Source: Thermocatellispora tengchongensis (GTDB lineage: Bacteria; Actinomycetota; Actinomycetes; Streptosporangiales; Streptosporangiaceae). From it: a DNA stretch of 64,000 nucleotides. Below, piece after piece: positions 55,993 to 64,000 of the stretch (its first letter is position 1; each line of letters begins with the position of its first letter). Where the stretch lies: NCBI RefSeq assembly GCF_014202315.1, contig NZ_JACHGN010000001.1:21757-85756 (forward strand), written 5' to 3'. A program made the translations under genes and the position numbers. The notes under the pieces are model-generated. The model had not been told where the DNA came from, did not search any database, and worked only from the letters and a program-made list of their open reading frames with translations.

Positions 55993-57189
55993 TCAGGAGG
56001 GCTCCAGATCCCGCCAGGGCAGCAGCAGCACGGTCCCGACCAGCAGCGCCCCGGCCACCCCGATCGCGGTCCTCGGCCCGGCCAGGGCGGCGATGAGCCC
56101 CCACAGGGCGGTGCCCGCGGCGATGGCCGTACGCGTGGTGATGGTCCAGGCGGTGAGCACCCGCGCGACCGCGCCGTCCTCCACCCGCTCCAGCCGGTAC
56201 GCCGCGAAGACGGGGGTGAACACCCCCATACAGGTGATCATGGCCAGCTCCACCCCCATCACCAGGGGCAGCCCGCCCCACCCGGCCCCGACGCCGGCCA
56301 GCCCGGCGAGCCACGGCACCCGCGCGACCCCGAACCCGAGCAGGATCCTCCGCCGCCCGAACCGCCGCTCCAGCGGCCGGGCGAGCCGCGCCCCCACCAC
56401 CCCGCCCAGGCACGGGACGCCGAACGCGAGCCCGTACTCCAGGGCCGTGAAGCCGAGGTCGTGCAGCAGCAGGTAGGTCAGCGGCGGCGCGGATGCCATG
56501 ATCAGCGCCGAGACCAGCACCGTGTTGCCGAACAGCAGCCGCAGCACGCGGTCCGCGAGGATCATCCGCCATCCCTCCGCGACCGCTCGGAACCTCGGGC
56601 CTCCTGGCTTCGGGGCCGAGGGCACCACCTCGGGCGCCGAGATCGCCCGGACCCCGGCGGCGGACAGCAGGTGGCCCACCGCGTTGAGCACCACCGTGAC
56701 GACGGGCCCCACCGCCCCGACCAGCGCCCCGCCCACCGGAGGCCCCACCGCCGTCGAGATCCACATGACGGTCTCGAACCGCCCGTTGGCCCGGACCAGG
56801 TGCCGCGCCGGCACCAGGGCCTTCAGGTGCGCCCCACTGGCCCCGACGAAGACGATGTCGGCCACGGCCACGACCATCGCCACGGCGAGCATCTGCGCGT
56901 AGCTGAGCGCGCCGAGGGCGTACGCGGCGGGCACGGTGAACAGCGCCAGGCACCGCACCACGTCGGCCCGGATCATCAACGGCCGCTTCGCCCGGAACTC
57001 GATCCACGGCCCGAGCGGCACCGCGAGCAGCGCCCCCACCGCCCCGCTCGCCGCCGCGAGCAGCGACACCTGCGCCGGACCGGCGTCCAGTACCATGATC
57101 GCGATCAGCGGAAAGGCGTCCAGCGCCAGCCGCGTCCCTAGCGTGCCGGCCGCGAAGGCCGCCCACAACCACCCGAAGTCCCGCCCCAT
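55993..57189 (-). CDS. MFS transporter
   Basis: About 398 aa with 12 predicted TM helices and MFS-type loop motifs. An alternative start lies ~20 codons upstream. Confidence 0.8.
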   Translation of the reverse strand: MGRDFGWLWAAFAAGTLGTRLALDAFPLIAIMVLDAGPAQVSLLAAASGAVGALLAVPLGPWIEFRAKRPLMIRADVVRCLALFTVPAAYALGALSYAQMLAVAMVVAVADIVFVGASGAHLKALVPARHLVRANGRFETVMWISTAVGPPVGGALVGAVGPVVTVVLNAVGHLLSAAGVRAISAPEVVPSAPKPGGPRFRAVAEGWRMILADRVLRLLFGNTVLVSALIMASAPPLTYLLLHDLGFTALEYGLAFGVPCLGGVVGARLARPLERRFGRRRILLGFGVARVPWLAGLAGVGAGWGGLPLVMGVELAMITCMGVFTPVFAAYRLERVEDGAVARVLTAWTITTRTAIAAGTALWGLIAALAGPRTAIGVAGALLVGTVLLLPWRDLEPS

Positions 57190-57507
57190 CGCATCCCACC
57201 CCGCCCGCCCCGCCCGCTCGCCCACCGACCAGCGATCCAACACCCGCATCCCCCGGCCGGACAAACAACGACCGGTCCCCCACGACAACCAGCGGTTGTA
57301 CACCGCGGCCGGGAGCGTCCTGTCGCGACATGGGCGAACGCTCCGGGGGCGAAAACGGGCGGGTGGCCGGAAACCGGAGGCGCCGCGGCCCTCGGCGGGC
57401 GAGATGGGCGCGCTGGAGGCGCGGGATTGCGTACGCGGAGCGGGCCGGCGTGGCATCATGTGATCGTCGGTGTAGGAATGGTTTTCATAATCGGATTGGA
57501 GCGGGGC

Positions 57508-58569
57508 GTGAGAGTGGCCTTCGTTGGCAAGGGCGGCAGCGGCAAGACGACTCTGTCGGCGCTGTTCTCGCGGTACGTCGCGGCGCGGGGCGGGCCCGTG
57601 ATCGCGGTGGACGCGGACATCAACCAGCACCTCGGCATGATCCTCGGGGTCGATGAGGACGACCTGCCGGCGGCCATGGGGGCGCACCTCCGCGAGATCA
57701 AGGAGTATCTGCGGGGGAGCAACCCCCGCATCGCCTCCGCCGAGGCGATGGTGAAGACCACTCCGCCCGGACGCGGGTCGCGGCTGCTGCGGCTGGGCGA
57801 GGCCACCGACGAGATCCACCGGCGGTTCGCGGTCACCACGCCCGAGGGTCCTGGGCTGATGGTCACCGGGCCGTTCGACGAGGACGACCTCGGGGTCGCC
57901 TGCTACCACTCCAAGGTGGGGGCGGTGGAGCTGTACCTGAACCACCTGGTGGACGGGCCCGGTGAGTACGTCGTCGTGGACATGACGGCGGGGGCCGACT
58001 CCTTCGCGTCCGGGCTGTTCACGCGGTTCGACCTGACCTACCTCGTGGCCGAGCCCACGCGTCAGGGCGTGAGCGTCTACCGCCAGTACCGCGACTACGC
58101 CGCCGAGTTCGGGGTGCGGATCGCGGTCGTCGGCAACAAGGTGCAGGGGCCGGAGGACGTCGAGTTCCTGCGCTCGCACGTCGGCGCCGACCTGCTGACC
58201 TGGTTCGAGCACAGCAGGTCCGTACGCGCCCTGGAGCAGGGCCGGGCGTTCCGGCTCGACGACCTGGAGCCGGCCAACCTCGACGCCCTCGCGCTGCTGC
58301 TCAAGCACCTCGACGCCCAGGAGAAGGACTGGGAGCGGTTCGGGCGGCAGGCGGTGGAGTTCCACCTGCGCAACGCCGCGGCCTGGGCCAACCGGGCCAC
58401 CGGGCAGGATCTGGCGGCCCAGGTGGACCCGGAGTTCGTGTTCGGGCCCGCCGCGCTGGGCTCGCACCCGGACGCCGGTTCGCACGCGGACGCCGGTTCG
58501 CACCCGGATGCCGGTTCGCACGCGGATGTCGCTTCGGCGCCTATGGAGCCCGCCGCAAGCCTTGCCTAA
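57508..58569 (+). CDS. ArsA/CooC/MinD-superfamily P-loop ATPase with C-terminal (GSHxDA)4 repeat
   Basis: Deviant Walker A motif VAFVGKGGSGKTT and a Walker B motif (VVVDMTAG). The C-terminus has four tandem 18-bp repeats encoding GSHPDA/GSHADA. GTG start at 57508 is preferred, but an ATG at 57478 is possible. Confidence 0.75.
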   Translation: MRVAFVGKGGSGKTTLSALFSRYVAARGGPVIAVDADINQHLGMILGVDEDDLPAAMGAHLREIKEYLRGSNPRIASAEAMVKTTPPGRGSRLLRLGEATDEIHRRFAVTTPEGPGLMVTGPFDEDDLGVACYHSKVGAVELYLNHLVDGPGEYVVVDMTAGADSFASGLFTRFDLTYLVAEPTRQGVSVYRQYRDYAAEFGVRIAVVGNKVQGPEDVEFLRSHVGADLLTWFEHSRSVRALEQGRAFRLDDLEPANLDALALLLKHLDAQEKDWERFGRQAVEFHLRNAAAWANRATGQDLAAQVDPEFVFGPAALGSHPDAGSHADAGSHPDAGSHADVASAPMEPAASLA

Positions 58570-58602
58570 CGTCTGATTGATCCCCCTTTGAGAGGAGAAA
58601 GC

Positions 58603-58989
58603 ATGTCGCTGACCGTTTCGAACGATCTTCTCGACCAGGCTCTGGCGGGTGAGGTGGACGACGAGGCGTTCGTCGCCTGCGTACGCGACTCACTGCCCTA
58701 CGCGTGGTCGGTGATCAGCGAGCTGGTCGAGGAGCGCGACAGAACCGGCGCCGCATTCGCCGACAACCAGACCCCGCCCCCGGACGAGGCCGCGCGGGGC
58801 CAGCTCCTGCGCTGCCTCGCCAGCGACGCCATGCGGGGCGCGCTGGAGCGGCACTTCGGGATGCGGCTCGCCTTCCAGAACTGCCACCGGGTGGCCGTGT
58901 TCGACCCGACCGCCACCGAGGCCCTGCGCGAGTTCGTCACGCCCAGGGCGCAGATCCTCAACCAGAAGCCGGAGCTCGTCGACTGCTGA
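58603..58989 (+). CDS. small acidic hypothetical protein
   Basis: ATG at 58603 with an AGAGGAGAAAGC RBS, 128 aa, high GC3. Its 3' end overlaps the convergent LLM gene by ~32 bp. Confidence 0.6.
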   Translation: MSLTVSNDLLDQALAGEVDDEAFVACVRDSLPYAWSVISELVEERDRTGAAFADNQTPPPDEAARGQLLRCLASDAMRGALERHFGMRLAFQNCHRVAVFDPTATEALREFVTPRAQILNQKPELVDC

Positions 58990-59974
58990 GCTCCCGCACG
59001 GCCGGCAACACCTCGGCTCCCAGCCGGGCGATGTTCTCCAGGGTGCGGGCCTGCTCGCCCGCACCCTCCACCATCAGGATCAGGTGCCGCAGGCCGGTGC
59101 GCTCGGCGGTCTCGGCGATCCTGGCCACGCAGTGCTCCGGCGAGCCCACCGGGTGCATGGCGCACAGCTCGCGGGTGTAGGCGTGCGGGTCGCGCATCGG
59201 GCGGGGCCGGTCGTCGAGCGGGCGGTGGCTCGCGAGTCCGGGGCCGAGCCAGGTGGGCATCGCCGCCGTCAGCTCCCGCACCGCGGCCTGCGTGGTGTCG
59301 GCCACGTGTCCCACCGCGGCGGCGACGTGTGGCAGCCCGGCGGGCCCCCGGCGCTCGTACGCGGCGATCATGGCCGCCTTCTCGGCGTCGGGGGCGTGCA
59401 TGCCGAGCAGCATGGGCAGCCCGCGCTCGGCGGCCAGCGCGAGCGTCGCCTCCGACGTGCAGGCCACCACGGGCGCGTACGCGCCACCGATCCCCGGCAC
59501 CATCGCCACCTCGCGGAAGCGGAAGAAGTCGCCGCCGGCGCCGACGCTGGGCCGCCGCAGCGCGGCCAGCAGGAGGTCCAGCGACTCGGGGAAGCCGCGC
59601 TCGTACCGCTCGGCGCCGGTGCCGAAAACCTCAAGGTCCACCCAGGGGCCGCCGCGCCCCACGCCCAGCCGGAACCGCCCGCCCGACGCGTGGTGCAGCA
59701 CGGCCGCCTGCTCGGCCAGGGCCACCGGGTGGTGGGTGGACAACACGCTCACCGCGGTGCCCACCTCGATCCGGCTGGTACGCCCCAGCGCCACCCCCGC
59801 CAGCGTCGCCGCCGACGGGCACACGCCGTAGGACATGAAGTGGTGCTCGGCGATCCAGGCGTCGTCGAACCCGGCCGCCTCGGCGGCCACGATCGCCTCG
59901 ACGGTGTCGGCCAGCACCTGGCCGGGGGCGCGGCCCGGAAACCCGGCCGCCACCAGGAAGACCCCGATCCGCAT
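58958..59974 (-). CDS. LLM-class (luciferase-like) flavin-dependent oxidoreductase
   Basis: TIM-barrel LLM signature regions (MRIGVFL..., FDDAWIAEHHF...). The start could extend to a GTG at 60037, which would add a (TGTAM)x4 N-terminal repeat and overlap the rnhB stop. Confidence 0.8.
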   Translation of the reverse strand: MRIGVFLVAAGFPGRAPGQVLADTVEAIVAAEAAGFDDAWIAEHHFMSYGVCPSAATLAGVALGRTSRIEVGTAVSVLSTHHPVALAEQAAVLHHASGGRFRLGVGRGGPWVDLEVFGTGAERYERGFPESLDLLLAALRRPSVGAGGDFFRFREVAMVPGIGGAYAPVVACTSEATLALAAERGLPMLLGMHAPDAEKAAMIAAYERRGPAGLPHVAAAVGHVADTTQAAVRELTAAMPTWLGPGLASHRPLDDRPRPMRDPHAYTRELCAMHPVGSPEHCVARIAETAERTGLRHLILMVEGAGEQARTLENIARLGAEVLPAVRELSSRRAPASG

Positions 59975-59982
59975 GCCGGCCG

Positions 59983-60043
59983 TGCCCGTCATAGCAGTGC
60001 CCGTCATCGCAGTGCCCGTCATAGCAGTGCCCGTCACAGCAGC
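59983..60043 (-). repeat. four tandem 15-bp units (gtgcccgtcatagca-type) at the rnhB / LLM junction
   Basis: Read directly from the sequence. On the minus strand each unit reads ATGACGGGCACTGCT (M-T-G-T-A), in frame with the LLM start codon. Confidence 0.7.
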
Positions 60044-60699
60044 GTCATCTGGCCTTCGCTCGGGTGGCGGTGGCGCTTCAGGTGCCGCCACCGCGGCAGG
60101 TCGTCCAGATAGGACCAGGTCATCCGGTGGTGCGGGGTCGGGCCGAGGTCGGCCAGGGCCTGCTGGTGGACCGGCGAGGGGTAGCCCGCGTTCTCGCCGA
60201 ACCCGTACGCCTCCAGCCCCAGCCCCGCCATGTACGCATCGCGCCGCACCTTGGCCAGCACCGACGCCGCTGCCACCGAGATGGACGCCTGGTCGCCCTT
60301 GACCTCGCACCGCACCGGCCAGGGCGCGCCGATGTAGTCGTGCTTGCCGTCCAGGATCACCGCCCCCGGGCGCTCGGGCAGCGCCTCCAGCGCCCGCCTG
60401 GCGGCCCGGCGCAGGGCCTCGGTCATGCCCAGCTCGTCGATCTCGGCCGCGGACGCCTCGCCGTAGCCGATCCCGGCGGCCCACGCCTCGATCTCGGGCA
60501 CCAGCGCCTCGCGCCGCGCCGCGGAGAGCTGCTTGGAGTCGGTCAGCCGCTCGGGCGGCGGGGACAGGTCGGTGACCACGGCGCACACCGTGACGGGACC
60601 GGCCCAGGCGCCCCGGCCCACCTCGTCCACCCCGGCGACCAGGCGGGGGCGGCGGGAGGAGGTGGCGAGGAGGCGTTCGATGTCATAGCTGGGGGCCAT
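60034..60699 (-). CDS. rnhB: ribonuclease HII
   Basis: [17 protein letters not shown] catalytic motif, DSKQLS, and the overall RNase HII fold. ATG at 60699. Confidence 0.9.
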   Translation of the reverse strand: MAPSYDIERLLATSSRRPRLVAGVDEVGRGAWAGPVTVCAVVTDLSPPPERLTDSKQLSAARREALVPEIEAWAAGIGYGEASAAEIDELGMTEALRRAARRALEALPERPGAVILDGKHDYIGAPWPVRCEVKGDQASISVAAASVLAKVRRDAYMAGLGLEAYGFGENAGYPSPVHQQALADLGPTPHHRMTWSYLDDLPRWRHLKRHRHPSEGQMTLL

Positions 60700-60725
60700 G
60701 GGGCCGACGGTACCGGTTCCGGGGC

Positions 60726-61667
60726 TCAGCGGGCCGCCAATCGCAGCGGCTCCAGGTCGGCGGCCAGCACGCGGGCGGCCACGTGCATGGCGCGGATCGT
60801 CACCGAGACCGACGGCCGGTGCACCCCGGACGCGCGGGCCACCGCGTGCACCTCGCGGCCCAGCGACACGCCGGGGAACTCGCGGACCACGATCCCGCGC
60901 ACCCCGGCCGCCAGCGCCAGGGCGGGCACGGCGGCGATGCCGATGCCCTTGGCGACCAGGCTCAGGATCGTGCCCAGGCCCTCGAACTCCCACGGCACGG
61001 GGCGGGCGCCGCCGACCTCGGCGAGGAGCCGGTCCACGGCGAGGCGGGAGGGCTCGCCGTCGGGGGTGGCCATCCACGGCTCATCGCGCAGCTCGGCCAG
61101 ATCGACCGGGACGTCGGGGTCGGCCATGCGGTGCCGGCGGGGCACGACCAGCACCAGCGGGTCGTGCAGGAGGGGGAAGACGCGCAGGGTGGCGGACTCG
61201 CGTTCGCGCACCCGGCCGTACCAGTCGTCCACAAGGGCGATGTCCACCTCGCCGGACTCCAGCTCGCGCATGCCGCGCCCGGAACGGCCCTGACGCATGC
61301 GCAGGCTGAGCGCGGAGTGGCGGCGCAGCGATCGTGCGAGCGCCGGGGCGAATGCGACCGCCGCGGTGGGGAAGGCGGTCACGGTGACCCGGCCCGAGGG
61401 CGTGGCCGCGTGGGCCGACAGATCGGTCTCGGCGGCCTCGACCATGGACAGGATGCGCTCGGCGTGCTCCACGAGCCGGCGGCCGGCGTCGGTCAGCTCG
61501 GCGCTGCGCGCGGTGCGGTCGAGCAGGGCGGTGCCGGCCTCGCGTTCGAGCGCGGCGAGCTGCTGCGAAACGGCCGAAGGACTATACCCGAGAGAGGAGG
61601 CGGTAGCGGCGATACTACCCCTCCTGGCGAACTCGCAGATCAAGGCAAGACGCCGCAGATCGAGCAT
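60726..61667 (-). CDS. LysR family transcriptional regulator
   Basis: N-terminal LysR HTH ([38 protein letters not shown]) and a C-terminal substrate-binding domain. It lies divergent to the aminotransferase gene. Confidence 0.9.
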   Translation of the reverse strand: MLDLRRLALICEFARRGSIAATASSLGYSPSAVSQQLAALEREAGTALLDRTARSAELTDAGRRLVEHAERILSMVEAAETDLSAHAATPSGRVTVTAFPTAAVAFAPALARSLRRHSALSLRMRQGRSGRGMRELESGEVDIALVDDWYGRVRERESATLRVFPLLHDPLVLVVPRRHRMADPDVPVDLAELRDEPWMATPDGEPSRLAVDRLLAEVGGARPVPWEFEGLGTILSLVAKGIGIAAVPALALAAGVRGIVVREFPGVSLGREVHAVARASGVHRPSVSVTIRAMHVAARVLAADLEPLRLAAR

Positions 61668-61765
61668 CGGACTTCCTAACGCCTACCCACGAAAAGCCTC
61701 GCTTGTGGTGATGCCTGTGGGCCCTCAGTCTGGGAACGTTCCCGAGCATAAGCAGGAGGCACCCC

Positions 61766-63064
61766 ATGAACGTAACCCTTTCCGCCACGTTGGCGGCGAA
61801 CGAGGACATCGAACGAAGACGGCGCGCCGGGGAGCGGGTGCTCAACCTCGCCTTCGGCGAGGCCGGCCTGCCCGTCCACCCGGCGCTGCGGCGGCGTCTC
61901 GTCGCCGCGTCAGGGAGCAACGGGTACGGCCCGGTGGCGGGCTCGCCCGACCTGCGCGCGGCGGCGGCCGGATACTGGTCGCGGCGAGGGCTGCCCACCG
62001 ATCCCGATCTCGTCGTGTCCGGCCCGGGGAGCAAGTCGCTGCTCTACGGCCTGCTGCTCGCCCTCGGCGGCGACATCGTGCTGCCGATGCCGAGCTGGGT
62101 GAGCTACGCGGCGCAGGCCGACCTCGTCGGCGCCAACCCGATCATGGTGCCCGCGCCCCCCGGCGAGGGAGGGGCGCCGGACCCCGCCCGAGTCCGCTCG
62201 GCGGTGCTGCACGCGCGGGCGCGGGGGCGTACGGTCGGCTCGCTGCTGCTGACGCTGCCCGACAACCCGACCGGCACGCTGGCGGCCCCCGAGACCGTGC
62301 GCGCTCTGGCCGAGCTGGCCCGCGAGCTCGATCTCGCCATCATCTCCGACGAGATCTACCGCGATCTGGTCCACGACCCGGGCACCCCGTTCCTGAGCCC
62401 GGCCGAGGTGGCGCCCGAGCGTACGGTGATCACCACCGGGCTGAGCAAGAGCCTGGCGCTCGGCGGGTGGCGGATCGGGGTCGCCCGGCTGCCCGACGGC
62501 GCCCATGACCTGCGCACCCGCCTGCTCGCCGTGGCCAGTGAGATCTGGTCCAGCCCGGCCGCCCCGGTGCAGGAGGCAGCGGCGTACGCGTTCACCGAGC
62601 CGGCCGAGCTGGCCGAGCGGGTGACGCGCAGCCGCCGGCTGCACGGCACGGTGGCGCGGGCGGTGCACGCGCGGTTCCGGGCGGCCGGGGCCTCGGTGGC
62701 CATGCCGCGCGGCGGGTTCTACCTCTACCCCGACCTGGGACACCTGCGCGAGCGGCTGGGGGTCGGGTCCTCCGCCGAGTTCGCGGCGCTGCTGCTCGAC
62801 CGGCACGGCGTGGGCGTGCTGCCCGGACACGCCTTCGGCGACGACCCGGCGGCGCTGCGGGTGCGGGTGGCCACGAGCCTGCTCTACGGGACGACGACCG
62901 AGCAGCGGCTGACCGCGTTGCACGCCGCCGACCCGGTCGCGCTGCCGTGGATCGCCGAGGCGCTGGACCATCTGGACGAGGCTCTGGACGGCCTGGCGAC
63001 CGAGCGTCACGCGGTTCCCGCGCGGCGCGTGCCCGCCCTGGTGCCGACAGCGGCGGCGAGCTGA
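61766..63064 (+). CDS. PLP-dependent aminotransferase class I/II
   Basis: Fold-type I aminotransferase with a PLP-lysine motif (TTGLSKSLALGGWRIG) and the NPTG motif. Confidence 0.85.
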   Translation: MNVTLSATLAANEDIERRRRAGERVLNLAFGEAGLPVHPALRRRLVAASGSNGYGPVAGSPDLRAAAAGYWSRRGLPTDPDLVVSGPGSKSLLYGLLLALGGDIVLPMPSWVSYAAQADLVGANPIMVPAPPGEGGAPDPARVRSAVLHARARGRTVGSLLLTLPDNPTGTLAAPETVRALAELARELDLAIISDEIYRDLVHDPGTPFLSPAEVAPERTVITTGLSKSLALGGWRIGVARLPDGAHDLRTRLLAVASEIWSSPAAPVQEAAAYAFTEPAELAERVTRSRRLHGTVARAVHARFRAAGASVAMPRGGFYLYPDLGHLRERLGVGSSAEFAALLLDRHGVGVLPGHAFGDDPAALRVRVATSLLYGTTTEQRLTALHAADPVALPWIAEALDHLDEALDGLATERHAVPARRVPALVPTAAAS

Positions 63065-63178
63065 CCGACCAGGGGTTTCGCGCGTTTCACTCCGCCCGGC
63101 GGCGGCTTTTCCTGATGCTCACCGTAATGTCTCGCGCATTTGGTCCCGGCGCCGGGCCGGAGCCCCCATCATGTGCTC

Positions 63179-63823
63179 ATGCCCGCTCTTGTCACCTTGT
63201 CCGGGCGCTCCGTGCGCCTGGAACCTCTCAGCCTCGCGGCGATCGACGAGCTGGTCGCCGCGGCGAGTGAAGACCGCTCCACCTATCGCTTCACTCGCGT
63301 TCCCGCGACGCGGGAGGAGATGGTCTCCTACGTGGAGGCCGCTCAGGCTGAACAGGCGGAGGGCCGTTGCCTGCCCTTCGCCATCAGGTGGCTGAGCACC
63401 GACACCATCGTCGGTGCCACCCGTCTGATGCACCTGGAGTACTGGCAGGGCCCGATGCCCTGGCCTCCGGGTACGCGGGGAGCGGTGGGCGAGGTCCCGT
63501 CCGTGGCCGACATCGGTTACACCTGGCTGGCCGCGTCGGCCCAGCGCACGGGGGTCAACCTGGAGAGCAAGCTGCTGCTGCTCTCCCACGCCTTCGAGAC
63601 CTGGCAGGTCCACCGCATCTCCCTGAAAGCCGACGTACGCAACACCCGATCCCGGGCCGCCATCGAGGCCCTCGGCGCACACTTCGACGGTGTGCGGCGG
63701 GCGGACAGCCGAGGCGCCGACGACACGGTCCGAGATACGGCGTACTACTCGATCCTGAACGTCGAATGGCCGGCGGTACGGGATCGGATGCTCGGCAGGC
63801 TCGGCTGGACCGAGGCCGCCTGA
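63179..63823 (+). CDS. GNAT family N-acetyltransferase
   Basis: RimJ/RimL-like acetyltransferase pattern (RLEPLSLAAIDEL...; LSHAFETWQVHRISLKADVRNTRSRAAIEALG). Confidence 0.75.
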   Translation: MPALVTLSGRSVRLEPLSLAAIDELVAAASEDRSTYRFTRVPATREEMVSYVEAAQAEQAEGRCLPFAIRWLSTDTIVGATRLMHLEYWQGPMPWPPGTRGAVGEVPSVADIGYTWLAASAQRTGVNLESKLLLLSHAFETWQVHRISLKADVRNTRSRAAIEALGAHFDGVRRADSRGADDTVRDTAYYSILNVEWPAVRDRMLGRLGWTEAA

Positions 63824-63864
63824 GCGGTGACGCGCACAACCGAATAGGGCCCTGACACACGCGC

Positions 63865-63900
63865 GGCCCGCCCGGGATTCCGGGCGGGCCTTTCGTGTTC
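63865..63900. terminator. rho-independent terminator hairpin (GGCCCGCCCGG-gatt-CCGGGCGGGCC) followed by a T-rich tract
   Basis: Read directly from the sequence. It lies between the GNAT gene's 3' end and a convergent downstream gene. Confidence 0.5.
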
Positions 63901-63945
63901 TTCCAATATGTTCAGCGGCCCGCGCCGGGCCGGCGGTTTTTCCGA

Positions 63946-64000
63946 TCAGTAGTCCGCGTGCTCGTCGGCCTCGTAGATGTACTCCCACTTGCCGCAGTAC
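63946..64000 (-). CDS. 3' end of a minus-strand gene continuing beyond the window (C-terminus ...YCGKWEYIYEADEHADY)
   Basis: High-GC3 reading frame ending in a stop at about 63946. The gene is truncated by the window edge. Confidence 0.35.
   Translation of the reverse strand, partial: YCGKWEYIYEADEHADY

Noticed and set aside
59983-60043. Possible CRISPR-like array from the 15-bp tandem repeats (and the other short tandem repeats at 41173, 43764, 53506, 58459)
   Set aside because: The units are directly adjacent with no spacers, are only 13–18 bp, and have 2–4 copies. They are slippage-type tandem duplications, not CRISPR.

Overview
This is a high-GC (~72%) actinobacterial chromosomal segment, gene-dense on both strands with about 55 protein-coding genes. 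No rRNA or tRNA genes, CRISPR arrays, transposases or integrases were found. I picked real genes out of the many GC-rich shadow ORFs using third-position GC bias, family motifs I could recognise, and overlapping stop/start junctions (ATGA/GTGA). Features in order along the window: small regulator–enzyme pairs (TetR with an FAD monooxygenase, AraC with an NmrA-like reductase); a LuxR/DesK-type two-component system with a 4-TM partner; a seven-gene translationally coupled envelope-associated operon (10.4–19.6 kb) with an anti-sigma-like zinc-finger membrane protein, a MinD/ParA-like ATPase, two mucin-like Pro/Thr-rich secreted proteins and a GH16 glucanase; a complete mnhA(B)CDEFG Na+/H+ antiporter operon; an NfeD–flotillin operon translationally coupled to a 1624-aa protein with a C-terminal dynein-type AAA+ domain (30.3–37.9 kb), my top candidate for an undescribed system; an ArsR / retropepsin-like protease / PP2C phosphatase / B12-binding signalling cluster carrying rearrangement footprints; a lower-GC island encoding an AlbA_2/HATPase_c_4 regulator; glucose dehydrogenase and gnd; a five-gene coupled KAS III–GT2–P450–acyl-CoA ligase–epimerase biosynthetic operon; then housekeeping genes (LCP, MFS, LLM oxidoreductase, rnhB, LysR, aminotransferase, GNAT). 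One recurring oddity is short tandem duplications (13–18 bp, 2–4 copies) sitting exactly on gene junctions or start codons at four separate loci.
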